This document shows, in pieces, positions 11,013-20,799 of a DNA stretch of 64,000 nucleotides. Each line of letters starts with the position of its first letter. The stretch's first letter is position 1. The notes beneath the pieces were generated by a model. The model worked only from the letters and a program-made list of their open reading frames with translations, searched no databases and was not told where the DNA came from. The translations under genes and the position numbers were made by a program. Origin of the DNA: an uncultured Gammaproteobacteria bacterium (GTDB taxonomy: Bacteria; Pseudomonadota; Gammaproteobacteria; JACCXJ01); the NCBI GenBank assembly GCA_963764725.1, contig CAVXTM010000012.1, forward strand, positions 96,001 through 160,000, written 5' to 3'.

Positions 11013-11614
11013 TACTGCACCTCCTCGTCCTGATGCTCCTTATACGCCTGAATCGTCTCGATCTTGGGCTGGGCCACGGCGTGGATATAGGGCTGATCCG
11101 GGTTCCGCGCCGCGTAGTCGTGGTGATAGTCCTCGGCGACGTAAAACGTCTGCAGCGGCACAAGCTCGGTGGCGAGCGGCGCATCGAACACGCCCGCGCG
11201 CTCGATCTGGTCCATGTAGAGTTCGGCCACCTCGCGCTGCATATCGTCGGCATAGAAGATCGCCGAGCGGTATTGCCGGCCCACATCGTTGCCCTGGCGG
11301 TCCGCCTGGGTGGGATCATGGGCGATGGCGAAGAACACCTTCAGGATCTCGCCGAGGCCGATGCGGCCTGCGTCGTAGACCACTTCCACCACCTCGGCGT
11401 GGTCCGTGCGGCCGGTGCAGACGGTCTTGTAGTCCGCCGTCGCCGCGGTGCCACCGGCATAGCCCGGGCGGACGTTCGTCACCCCGTCCAGCTCCTTGAA
11501 CACGGCCTCCACGCACCAGAAGCAGCCGCCGCCCAGCACGATGGACTTCTCCCCCTCCCCTTTGGTGTCAAGCTCGGCCGCAGGGAAGGACCAGGGGTCG
11601 ATGGTCAGGGACAT
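11012..11614 (-). CDS. msrA: methionine-S-sulfoxide reductase MsrA (cytoplasmic)
   Basis: GGGCFWCVEA, HDPTQ..RQGNDVG.QYRSAIF, AEDYHHDY. Confidence 0.92.
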   Translation of the reverse strand: MSLTIDPWSFPAAELDTKGEGEKSIVLGGGCFWCVEAVFKELDGVTNVRPGYAGGTAATADYKTVCTGRTDHAEVVEVVYDAGRIGLGEILKVFFAIAHDPTQADRQGNDVGRQYRSAIFYADDMQREVAELYMDQIERAGVFDAPLATELVPLQTFYVAEDYHHDYAARNPDQPYIHAVAQPKIETIQAYKEHQDEEVQ

Positions 11615-11829
11615 GGGCGAACTCCGAAACGATTGCATGCGCGAATCCGCTGGTACGCCCCGCAGCGGCACAGGCCGTAGCGTCGGGTCGATCGGGGTCG
11701 GATCGAGGCACGGGAGACGCAGCAGAGGGGTGAAGGCGTGCACGTCCGATAAGATCGCGTTGGGTCAATTCGGAGCTTTATCGGGACTACGCTCCTCTCG
11801 GTGGTGCGGGGAGACAAGTGCGCCGCGCC

Positions 11830-12360
11830 TCAGGTCACATGTGCGACCGTCACAACGAGCTTTCCGCGCCCCCGTCTCTCCCTCACTTCTGCTGTGTATG
11901 CCGCGGAGGCCTGAGTAAGCGGCAACACAGCATCCACCACTGGATGGAGATCGCCCGACTCCAGCAGGTCTCCAATGCGGATCAACTGTTCATGATTCGG
12001 CTCGACGATAAAAAATGCCTGCTTAACTCGGTTGTCGGTGGTCGTCTCGCTCTCCGCGGCGATCGTGATCATTCTTCCGCCAGGTTTGAGGACGTCCCAG
12101 GAACGCTGCAGCGTGTCCCCGCCGACCGTGTCGAAAACGACGTCCATTCCCGAGACGTTTTCCTCAAAGTGCACTGCGCGGTAGTCAATCACCTGTTCGG
12201 CTCCCAACTCTGTGACGAAGTTAAGGTTCCGCGCGGACGCGGTAGCTGCTATACGCGCGCCACGAAATCGAGCGCGAAGATGCCAACCGCACCTGCTCCG
12301 CCATGCACCAGTACGTGCTCTCCAGCCTGTAGTCTCGCGCGATCGAACAACCCCTGCCTA
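11830..12360 (-). pseudogene. NADP-dependent quinone oxidoreductase-like (MDR) C-terminal relic
   Basis: LGAEQVIDY, DVVFDTVGG, RGRGKLVV; upstream GLFDRARLQAGE broken by frameshifts. Confidence 0.75.
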
Positions 12361-12713
12361 CCCCGTGCGCGGACGTAGCCGGCACAGGCTTGTCGCACAG
12401 CCACTATGCTTCGCGGCAGCGCTCCTGCCTCTCGCGGTAGTAGACGGGGCCGCCTGTCTCGGCCATGACGGTCGTGAGCAAGGTATAGATTCTCTCACCG
12501 TGACTTCTTTGCATTTGGCAAAGACGTTTTGTCTGACATTTGGTTGCGGCCAGAGGGCGCGCTAGGAATTTCAAACGCCCTTTTTCGGCAAGCGGAAGAG
12601 TACGGATGTACCCGCGGGTTGTCAACGACGCGATCAGTCGGTCCAGGATGCGGGATGTTTCTGACCCAGCCGTCCGAGGCGCCCGGCTCCGGGGGGCGTT
12701 TTGGCCTCGCGCG

Positions 12714-12895
12714 TGTCTGTGGCGAGGTCCAAATTCTACGAGAATTTCCACGCTGATTGCAGTCTTGTGAATCATAACCGAGTGGCAAGGTTGTGGCATG
12801 CGAGAACTCTTCGTCCTCCTTGCACATCTCTGCGAGACGCTGGCGAACCTTTGTCGACCCGGTGGACTTTATGCGGTAGCGGCCGAGTCACTGAC
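12714..12895 (+). mobile_element. IS481-like element left-end relic (copy 1)
   Basis: Starts TGTCTGTGGC; ~180 bp closely similar to 20800-20985; encodes MRELFVLLAHL...AVAAESL. Confidence 0.6.
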
Positions 12896-12899
12896 GCCC

Positions 12900-12995
12900 C
12901 AGTTCGACTACAAGCTTGCGTGGTTCGAGCGGCTGCTCCAGCATGCCAAGCGTCTGTTGGCGTCCCATCAGCCGGTGGTGCTCGCGGGCGACTTC
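12900..12995 (+). pseudogene. exodeoxyribonuclease III (Xth) internal fragment
   Basis: FDYKLAWFERL..HAKRLLAS..PVVLAGDF. Confidence 0.65.
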
Positions 12996-13089
12996 ATGCC
13001 GACAAGTTCATTGTCATCGTCAGGACGGCAGGTCACGACCTTGCGCGTCATCAACTTGCGTGGCTTGGGGATCGCGCCCATCGGCAACA

Positions 13090-13200
13090 ACTTTTAAAAG
13101 CCAGATCGCGATCGGTCACGATGCCGACTAATTTTTTAGCCTGGTCGTTTTCGATGACAGGAATCGGACCGATGTTTCGTTCTTCATCAATTGCGCCGCC
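13090..13200 (-). pseudogene. CBS-domain protein fragment
   Basis: NIGPIPVIEND..KKLVGIVTDRDLA. Confidence 0.6.
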
Positions 13201-13585
13201 CTTGCCACCACGTCGGTTGACAAGCAATGAATCGGTTCGTCGCCCGTTGCACACAGATTGTCGTACGATGTCTAACAGTGTCTAACGACGTCCCGCAAGC
13301 CCAAATTCGTGAAGTTTTTTCGTCCGGCGGAGAGCTAAACCTAGCAGTGTAATGAGTGAATTAGATGCTCTAGGGTTAAACCATGCGACAGGTCCTCATA
13401 TCCCGCGGGGAAGACAATTATTGGGTTGCAGAATGTCCGAGTCGCCCTGGCTGTATTTCTCAAGGCCCGTAGAGCGCCCCCTATGAGGGCGAGCTTGTCC
13501 AGCGGCGCCGAGCCCTTACAGACTTACCCAGACCGTGCCACCGAGCATTCAGGCATGGAGGATAACGGCGGTTCTTCCGACTGGA

Positions 13586-14482
13586 TCAAATATAAAGCGG
13601 TAACTGGGTTTCTACGGCGGTGGGGCTTATCCCGAGATCGGCGAAGGTCGAGGCCTCTGAGGCCTCGGCGTTAACAACGTTGTCCCGTTTCATCAATACA
13701 ACTTGATCATAGGTCAGAGGAGGGTTGGGCAGCACTCCAAGCAAGGCTGCCTGCACCCTCCATACAAAGTACGGCACAGGCAGCAAGAACCGCTTCCGCT
13801 GCTGGTGGCGCAGCAGCAGTTCCACTAAAGCCCTGTAGCTATAGATTCGCGGGCCCCCGAGTTCATAGAGCAGCCCCCGCGCTGCAGGCTCGAACAAGGC
13901 CTTCACCACCGCTTCGGCGACATCGCCGACGAATACCGGTTGCAGCAGCACCTGGCCGTTGCCGAAAAGCGGAACGACCGGTGAGAACCGCGTTATAGAG
14001 GCCAAGGTATTCAAAAACGCATCACCGGGACCGAAGAGCACACTCGGACGGAGGATGGTCGCACCCGTAAAGACCTGTCGGACCTTGGACTCCCCCTGGG
14101 CTCGAGCGCGAACATAGGCTGATTCGGAACTGGGATCTGCACCAATGCCGGAGATATGGATCAGCCGGTCGGCGCGCGCCTGTGCCGCTGCCCGCGCTAC
14201 GTTGACGGCCCCCTGAACGTGTACTCCCTCGAAGGTGGCATCGCCTCGCTCGACGTAAAGGCTCACGGCATTCACAACCGCTTCGGCACCTTCAATCGCT
14301 TGGACTACAGATCTCTCATCCCGCACATCGGCATAGACCGCACCGGTTCGTCCATTATCGGAAAGGACATGCGGGTGGCGCACTGCCACGCGCACGCGGG
14401 CGCCTTGAGCGGCGAGGCGCTTGACGATGTGCTGACCGATAAAGCCAGATCCGCCAAATACAGTAACCGAGCTGTGCGCCAT
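13586..14482 (-). CDS. NDUFA9-like NAD(P)-dependent epimerase/dehydratase (atypical SDR)
   Basis: VTVFGGSGFIG Rossmann motif, TILRPSVLFG, LQPVFVGDVA; start moved to ATG 14482. Confidence 0.88.
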   Translation of the reverse strand: MAHSSVTVFGGSGFIGQHIVKRLAAQGARVRVAVRHPHVLSDNGRTGAVYADVRDERSVVQAIEGAEAVVNAVSLYVERGDATFEGVHVQGAVNVARAAAQARADRLIHISGIGADPSSESAYVRARAQGESKVRQVFTGATILRPSVLFGPGDAFLNTLASITRFSPVVPLFGNGQVLLQPVFVGDVAEAVVKALFEPAARGLLYELGGPRIYSYRALVELLLRHQQRKRFLLPVPYFVWRVQAALLGVLPNPPLTYDQVVLMKRDNVVNAEASEASTFADLGISPTAVETQLPLYI

Positions 14483-14611
14483 GACATTTGGAACTTTACC
14501 GTTCGAGCGTTCGACGGTCGAGCCGATGGTACTCCTTGCCCGCGGACCTCGTAAAATCCATTCGGCTGTTGCGTAGTTGTAGCGACTTTTGGTCGCTGCC
14601 ACACTCTGCGC

Positions 14612-14896
14612 ATGACCCTCGCACAGAAGCGACGTACCCAGACCTACGATCATCGCCTTCGCGACATAGTCCATACGACAGGCGATCCGGATCTTGTCAA
14701 ACCCTATCGAGGTCCCCCGATCGACCGCGCACGGATGGAGGGTCCGCCCGCGTTCTCCGGTCGTGGCCGCCGAGGTTACATCTCTCACCTGCTCGATACC
14801 ACCGATGGCAACGCATTGCAGAAAGCTGTGGTCTGGATGACTGTTCTAGCTGTCCTCGGCTCACACCGACGCATTGGCTCGATGAGTCAGTATTGA
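14612..14896 (+). pseudogene. possible DDE integrase/transposase N-terminal fragment
   Basis: YDHRLRDIVHTTGD resembles N-termini of some integrase ORFs; weak. Confidence 0.25.
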
Positions 14897-14922
14897 CATC
14901 GAGACATCATGATGCTTATGCT
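14893..14922 (+). promoter_or_regulatory. sigma70 promoter of vapBC with palindromic operator
   Basis: TTGACA (14893-98), 18-bp spacer containing the palindrome CATCATGATG, TATGCT (14917-22); ATG follows 7 bp later. Confidence 0.7.
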
Positions 14923-14929
14923 TAGGTGC

Positions 14930-15178
14930 ATGAGAACGACGCTGACTCTCGATGATGACGTTGCGGCGGCTTTGGAGCGCTTACGGCGAAGCCGTGAGGA
15001 GAGTTTGAAGGTCTTGGTGAATGAAGCTCTGCGCCGGGGCCTGAAGCAGCTCAATAAGCGGCCGGAGCAGCGTCACCCGCTTCGGACCACACCGGTATCC
15101 CTTGGGCGTTGCCGCATCGGAAGTGTCGATAACATCGCAGATTTACTCACCGTCGCGGAAGGCGACGCCTTCAAATGA
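14930..15178 (+). CDS. vapB: VapB antitoxin (RHH/CopG)
   Basis: MRTTLTLDDDV RHH start; ATGA overlap with the PIN gene. Confidence 0.88.
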   Translation: MRTTLTLDDDVAAALERLRRSREESLKVLVNEALRRGLKQLNKRPEQRHPLRTTPVSLGRCRIGSVDNIADLLTVAEGDAFK

Positions 15179-15606
15179 TCCTTGTTGACGCCAACCTTCT
15201 CATCTACGCCCATGTCAACACCTTCTCCCAACATGAGCAGGCCCGCGAGTGGCTCGATACACAACTCAATGGTACAGCTCCTGTCGGCCTACCTTGGCAT
15301 AGCCTACTCGCCTTCTTAAGAATCGTGACCAACCCTCGGGTGTTTGAACAACCCGAGTCCATGAGTGATGCTTGGCGCCAAGTTCTGGCATGGCTTGGTT
15401 GCGAGGCGGCGTGGGTCCCGGCTCCCGGGGACCAGCATACCGAGTTTTTGGGGCAGTTACTCAAGGCGCCAGGCGTACAGGGAAACCTCGTTCCGGATGC
15501 GCATCTTGCCGCACTGGCTATGGAGCACGGGTTAATACTGTGTTCCACGGACGGGGATTTCGGCAGATTCTCGGGGTTGCGTTGGCAGAATCCAATAGCC
15601 GTCTGA
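15175..15606 (+). CDS. vapC: VapC PIN-domain ribonuclease toxin
   Basis: ILVDANLLIYA, DAHLAALAMEHG, STDGDF. Confidence 0.92.
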   Translation: MILVDANLLIYAHVNTFSQHEQAREWLDTQLNGTAPVGLPWHSLLAFLRIVTNPRVFEQPESMSDAWRQVLAWLGCEAAWVPAPGDQHTEFLGQLLKAPGVQGNLVPDAHLAALAMEHGLILCSTDGDFGRFSGLRWQNPIAV

Positions 15607-15982
15607 GAACTAAGCATGGGTGGTGCCCGGCCGGTCAGGCTAGGAAGCGGCGTGTATGTCGAGTGCTCGGCCGGTTTAGTGCACAATGCCCACGCGACCG
15701 GCTGCGCGCCAAACGCACTACAACATAGACATTGTCCGCCCAGAGAGAGGGGGGGAATACAGAAATGCCGTTGGATATTCCATCCTCCGAACTGTCCGCC
15801 GTCGTTTTGGCGGCCTTCGAGTGTGCACCGGGGCCGCTCACGATGGCGGCCTTGAAGAGGGCCCTGACCAAGCCTTTCCGAATACAGAACGGCCTATGGG
15901 ACGCAGTCTTATGGCTCATAGCCGAACGGCGCGTGCACCCGTGGCCAGGGACTTTTTTGTTACCTATCTTCCCGACCGCTCA

Positions 15983-16340
15983 CTAGAACGACCTACACGC
16001 ACTTGAGCGAACCCTCAAGACTGCTTCCTGCTGGAATTCCGCCTTGTACTTGCTCATGACCTCGTTAACCGCAATCTCGCTTTCCTCGGTGTCCGGATGA
16101 ACGAGATGCAGCACGTGGGACGCCTCGCGCTCGATCACTCCACTTGCGGCCTGCCACTGGCCCGATGCTTCCCACGATGCGTCACGATACCGCCCGGCCT
16201 GGCCGTGCCAAAGTACATAGACTCCATGACGGCACACTGCTCCCCCGGCCGGCAAGTCAGCAGCGGGCTCGACGCACAGGCTGCAACAGCGAGGGCTATG
16301 GCGAGGACGCTACTTATCCGAACCCATCTCAGACCAGACT
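15983..16340 (-). pseudogene. DUF3574 lipoprotein with internal deletion; probable first integron cassette
   Basis: Lipobox LAVAAC and MYFGTARPGG in one frame, joined to ASGQW..EREAS...YKAEFQQEAVLRV in another; starts just after the GTTAGCC core site. Confidence 0.65.
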
Positions 16341-16357
16341 CCTACACGCCTAGTGGC

Positions 16358-16395
16358 GGCTAACTAATGAGTGAGTGGTTTCCGTTTATCATGCG
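16358..16395 (-). other. attI-like integron recombination site
   Basis: Minus strand ...ataaacggaaaccactcactcattaGTTAGCC (GTTRRRY), lying between the divergent intI relic and cassette gene. Confidence 0.5.
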
Positions 16396-16503
16396 GCCAA
16401 TTTGATATCGCAGCCCTGGCAAGGTGGCAATAAGGTGCTGTTTTGACACACGTCAGCTGTCTGTATAGCATACTTTTTTTCAGAATAACGAGGCTAGGAT
16501 GCC

Positions 16504-16790
16504 ATGCTCGAACCGCTCCCCATCGACCTCGCCCGGCGCTACGAGATATAGCTAGAGCAAACCGGGATCGCCAAACCCCTCTGGAAATCACTATACGAAA
16601 TGGCTGCGTTACTACTGGGATTTCTGCCATAAGTACGGGCACCCGCCGAACCAGCAGCAAAGCTTTCCGCCGTTCGACGAGAAGCTCCGCGCCAAACATC
16701 AGTCGGAATCCCAGCGGCAGCAGGCGCGGCAGGCACTCTCGCTCTATTACGCTCTGGCGGAAACCGATCTGCGCGGCGGCCAGATCTCGG
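16504..16790 (+). pseudogene. intI: integron integrase N-terminal extension relic
   Basis: MLEPLPIDLARRYE..., HYTKWLRYYWDFCHKY...FDEKLRAKHQSESQRQQARQALSLYY, typical of long-N-terminus IntI; has a stop and a frameshift; catalytic domain absent. Confidence 0.55.
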
Positions 16791-17083
16791 TGACAAACCC
16801 GGCCACTTGGGTCTCGACCCGGAGGGGTCATTCACACCGACATCGTGATTTACCTCAAAGCGGTCGCTGAACGCTCCTCGTGAGCGGCGCTGCCGAGGTA
16901 ACCGAAGTTGCACTTTATGCATCACGCGTTCGATCGCAGCGCACCTAAGCCGAATGCCACTGGACAACTCTGCGGGCACGCCCGCCCCGGGCCCTTGGAA
17001 ACAGCGTTTATTGGCCTGCAGGCAAGGTAAGTTGGTAGTGAGCTGGACATAGTTACCGGTGTTCTGAAGACCTACCGCGTAGA

Positions 17084-17788
17084 TCAATCGCTAGTCTGCA
17101 GTTGGCAGAGCGGTGGCAGCTGTTTGCCGCTGAACCATAGCTCGTAACTGTTGGGAGAAGTTTTGGCGGCCCACACTGTCTGAGAAAGATCCTTGACCTC
17201 GAGCTCCAAGCCCAGCGTGCCGAACAGCCCAGCGATCTGCTCGGCGCGCGCCATGTCGGAGATATGGAAGAAGCGGAGCTCCTGGTTCGACTCGGCATAG
17301 CCCGGATACGTGCGAACCGCCGGGAAAAAGATCGAGGCCTTGTCCGCGTCCTTGAAACTTTCGCGCAGCTTCACCAAGCAATCGTAGACCTGATTATTCG
17401 GAACATGGATGAACACGCGCGACGGCCGCCTGAGCAGCGCGATGCGGTAGGCCTCCTCGACGTCGGGGTTCTCTTTGGCCGCGCTCTGGATCGCAACCTC
17501 GAGCATGGGCAGCAGCTCGGGGTTCTGTGCTGTCGTCGCGTAATCGATCTGAGCTGCCAGGAACTCGACCGGCACTTTGCCTTTCTTGGCCAGGTACTCG
17601 AACATGGCGATGCCATATTTTTGCTTTTCTGGTGACTTGTCCGTGACGAGATCGATCATGGCCTTCAAATCGTTGACGTTCTGCTGCCATTGCGTCCAGT
17701 ACCAGCCCATCCCGGCCACGGTCAGTGGGACAAGGACAATCGAGAGCATTTTGAAGAGCGCATCCCAAGGGTCACTGGTGAACTTCAC
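17084..17788 (-). CDS. membrane-anchored hypothetical protein (TM, helical region, LytR_C-like C-terminus)
   Basis: N-terminal TM helix; C-terminal RVFIHV...ELRFFH..D...A pattern. Confidence 0.6.
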   Translation of the reverse strand: MKFTSDPWDALFKMLSIVLVPLTVAGMGWYWTQWQQNVNDLKAMIDLVTDKSPEKQKYGIAMFEYLAKKGKVPVEFLAAQIDYATTAQNPELLPMLEVAIQSAAKENPDVEEAYRIALLRRPSRVFIHVPNNQVYDCLVKLRESFKDADKASIFFPAVRTYPGYAESNQELRFFHISDMARAEQIAGLFGTLGLELEVKDLSQTVWAAKTSPNSYELWFSGKQLPPLCQLQTSD

Positions 17789-17834
17789 GATTCAAGATCC
17801 TCAAGGATAAAACTCCATGGCCGAGCGAATTGGA

Positions 17835-18153
17835 TTAGGCGCCGCCTGGCCTGCCGCTGACGGTGAACGATATTGTCCTATCTTCACTGCCGTCGATTTT
17901 TGCCGGTGAGAACGTCTCTAAGTGGGCAAGGGTTTTGCCAACGCATGTCCTGAGTTCGTTGAAGATCTGCTCATTGTCTTCAAATTTCGGCGGTTCCAAC
18001 CCCGCTAACCGCGAGGCCACACCCTTTGGCGACGTCGGTGGCAATCTGGACCTGGCGCGACGCATTAATGAGAACGCTGGGATCCACGCGAGCGAGGTTG
18101 CTCATCGACTTGATGCAGAAGGTAATCGATGCTGGATACATGGAAATGTGCAT
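17835..18153 (-). pseudogene. second DUF1993 gene, internally deleted
   Basis: MHISMYPASI start fused to ASRLAGLEPPKFEDNE...KIDGSEDR, homologous to 1052-1558. Confidence 0.7.
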
Positions 18154-18309
18154 AGTACTCGCCTATAGGCAGATAAGCCATCGTGGGCAGCGATGAAGGA
18201 TCTCTTTTACCAAGTGTTTGGTGAATAATAGATCAATGCACAACAGCTCGATGCTCAACCACGAGCCGGGCAAATATCCCCACTGCTTGCACCTCCACAT
18301 CCGAGATCT

Positions 18310-18366
18310 CACCCACATGGCGTCCCAAAGTTTCTCGTCCGAATACCCTAAGCAGACGAATTTCAT
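18310..18366 (-). pseudogene. YciI family N-terminal fragment
   Basis: MKFVCLGYSDEKLWDAM. Confidence 0.4.
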
Positions 18367-18485
18367 GATTCGCCCCATCAGCAATTTGAGATGTGTGCGC
18401 AATGCCCTACTAAGGCAAAAGTGCCAGGTTCCAATTGACAGTCGAATGGCCGTCGGGGAAATCGACACCGTGCGTGGCAAAATTT

Positions 18486-18671
18486 TCATGAGCCACACTC
18501 GACCAGGTTGACGGTGCTCGCGGCCTCCTCGGCAACGAGGCGCGCGGCAGACTCCAGCGAACGCTGCAGCCGCTCGCCGCCGAACTCGTCGTTCCCTGCG
18601 TAAACGAATCGCAGATCCGAAACGCCGATAAACTCAAAGATCGTCCGCAGGTGCGGCTCCACGTGGTTCAT
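18486..18671 (-). pseudogene. FMN-dependent NADH-azoreductase C-terminal fragment
   Basis: NHVEPHLRTIFEFIGVSDLRFVYA. Confidence 0.6.
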
Positions 18672-18938
18672 TGGCCACAGGGGGGCGACCTACGGGCGTT
18701 TCTCATAAAGGATGGCCAGCCGCACGAGCAGGCCTTCGCCCCGACACTGCGCCAGGTAGCGAGCCGCGCGGTCCGACCGGCTGTCGCGGCACTTTCCCGT
18801 CATCGAACCTTGACGAGCAGCAGTCCGCCAGGAGCGGACAAGCGAGTGGGGCTCGGCTCGCTGGCTGTGTTTGAGACTCATGCGACTGCTCAGGGCGGCA
18901 AAGCTCAGCAGACCGCCGGGCCGGCCTGCACGCGTGAA

Positions 18939-19601
18939 CTACGGCGTGTAGAAACTCGCGTCACATCGTGCAAGGCGCGCGCAGAACTCGGCCACCGGCA
19001 GCGCCGTCAAATATCCCAGCGTGCGGTCGATGCGGATGATGATGCCCAGCAGTTCGCCGCGCTCATCGAAGAGGCCGCCGCCGCTCATCCCCTTCTCACC
19101 CTTGATGCCGGTGAAGATCAACGGGACACTCACACCGTGACTGGTCCAGCGCGTTGCGCCGATGGCGCCGCGCGCAAAGCTTGCGGCGCCATCCGGTCGC
19201 CGCACCTCGACCGCCAGCACGCGCTCGCCGAACGCTGCGGGCCGCGCGCGAAACCTGGCAAAGTCGCCGACCGGCTGCTCGACGCGCAACAGGGCAACAT
19301 CGACGTCCCGGTCGAAGCGCTGCACGCGCGCAGCAAGCTTTGCTCCCTTGGCATCCGTGACGGTGATCATCGTCGCGCCCCATACGACATGCGCGGCCGT
19401 CGCGATCTCCCGCGCAGGCGTCACAACGCCCATACCCTCGCCTTTCACCGGCAGTCGGTAGCCGCTGAATCTCACGCCGTTTGCGCGCGACACCTCGATC
19501 CATACCGAAGACTCAGCGGGGCCGGCCGCTGCCGGACGAAGGCTGCAAGCCACGACCGCGAGCAACAGCAGGACAGCGCGATTCAAAGACGACGGTCGCA
19601 T
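18939..19601 (-). CDS. secreted trypsin-like (S1) serine protease
   Basis: Signal peptide; TAAHVV, DVALL, GMSGG catalytic triad. Confidence 0.85.
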   Translation of the reverse strand: MRPSSLNRAVLLLLAVVACSLRPAAAGPAESSVWIEVSRANGVRFSGYRLPVKGEGMGVVTPAREIATAAHVVWGATMITVTDAKGAKLAARVQRFDRDVDVALLRVEQPVGDFARFRARPAAFGERVLAVEVRRPDGAASFARGAIGATRWTSHGVSVPLIFTGIKGEKGMSGGGLFDERGELLGIIIRIDRTLGYLTALPVAEFCARLARCDASFYTP

Positions 19602-19733
19602 GGCGCATCAACCAGATCGGCCGAGCACAGGCCAGGGTCATCCGAACACGCAGCGTCCGGGATCGCTGGCGAATAAGAATTTCAAAAGCCCCTTTTTCTT
19701 CGAATGGGAAGATATGACTAAACCTGTTAGCTG

Positions 19734-20256
19734 TCAAACACGCGAGATCGCGGTCGAGTATCGAGGATTTCCTGAGCTATTCGTCGAGCAGGTATGGATA
19801 AACCGTATCGCCCCACGCCGGCACACTGGTGCGCGGCCTGCGGTCAGCGTCTCCATGCCCATCCGGCGCATCAGCGTGCGCACATGACGGCGGCCGATGC
19901 GATGGCCTTCATCTCCCAAACGTCGGGCGAGCTTGCGGGCCCCTAAAAAGGGATGGGCCAGATGCAGTTTATCCAATCGGCGCATCAAGGTCAGATCCGA
20001 CTCGCTCACCGTACGCGGCGTGTAGTACGTCGAGGAGCGGCTCAGCTCCAGCAACTCGCATTGCCGCACCACGTCGTGCTTGGTTGCAAGCTCAGCCAGC
20101 GTCTTGTCACCGCGCAGGGCGTCCAGCACCACCTTCGCCTTGAAGACCGGTGAGTGGTTACGACGGGGTCGTTTCATGGTTTCTGCTCCTTTTCTCTCGT
20201 TAATGTAGAGCAGTTCTATCACTTATGCCCCTGTCTGAAAAACCGAGACCAGCTCA
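19734..20256 (-). mobile_element. IS3-family relic (left IR plus orfA start fused to orfB fragment)
   Basis: TG-start IR TGAGCTGGTCTCGGTTTTTCAGACA; RRNHSPVFKAKV joined directly to RQCELLELSRSSTYY..HPFLGARKL. Confidence 0.8.
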
Positions 20257-20724
20257 GTTTGCGCGGTTCCGCTCCGTAGCCTTGCCCAATTCGATAAGCA
20301 TGCAGTTGCGGAAGTCCCTTCCGTCCTGAGCAAGCTTGCCCGCTTCATCCATCATTTGATCGCCCGCATCATCTGCCACGTACGCCTGTATCAGACGATC
20401 GCCGGCCGTCTCGATCTCGCGTAGCTCTTTGCTGGCTTTGCCGCCGCTCCTTTTATATGCCTCGGCGTATTCCTGGGCATTGCGCTTAAGCATCGCAAGC
20501 TGCCGCTCAGAACGAGCCGCACGAGCCACCATACTATTCACCTCCTTCACGCTTGCCTCTCGATACCCCTTTAATTCACATGCCGCCCTTGCCCTAGCCT
20601 CGACCATGCTCATACCCCCAGCGGGGGACCGCCCAGCGGGGGACTCTTGAGTTGAAGCGCAACCCGAAGATAATACCGCCAACAACAGCACCGCAATTTG
20701 TTTCATGCGTGTAGTCATATTCAT
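20254..20724 (-). CDS. putative lipoprotein; its stop codon coincides with the IS3 end
   Basis: Lipobox LSSGC; TGA at 20254-56 is the first bases of the IS3 IR. Confidence 0.6.
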   Translation of the reverse strand: MNMTTRMKQIAVLLLAVLSSGCASTQESPAGRSPAGGMSMVEARARAACELKGYREASVKEVNSMVARAARSERQLAMLKRNAQEYAEAYKRSGGKASKELREIETAGDRLIQAYVADDAGDQMMDEAGKLAQDGRDFRNCMLIELGKATERNRAN

Positions 20725-20799
20725 ACCTTCCCCGCTACCCCGTAGCTTCACGGCTCATTTCGTAAGCCGCATTTACGAAACGGATAGAAACGCCAAGCC

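Noticed and set aside
12404-12827. ORFs 12404-12799 and 12495-12827
   Set aside because: They overlap an IS end relic and have no recognisable motif.
13340-13375. CTAG-flanked segment containing TAATGAGTGA, similar to the attI-like motif and loosely to the IS630 end
   Set aside because: Only a 10-bp match, with no GTTRRRY core and no partner inverted repeat.
19690-19735. AT-rich stretch ending in GTTAGCT as another attI/attC
   Set aside because: No complementary RYYYAAC box and no similarity to the 16358 site; a 7-mer is expected by chance.
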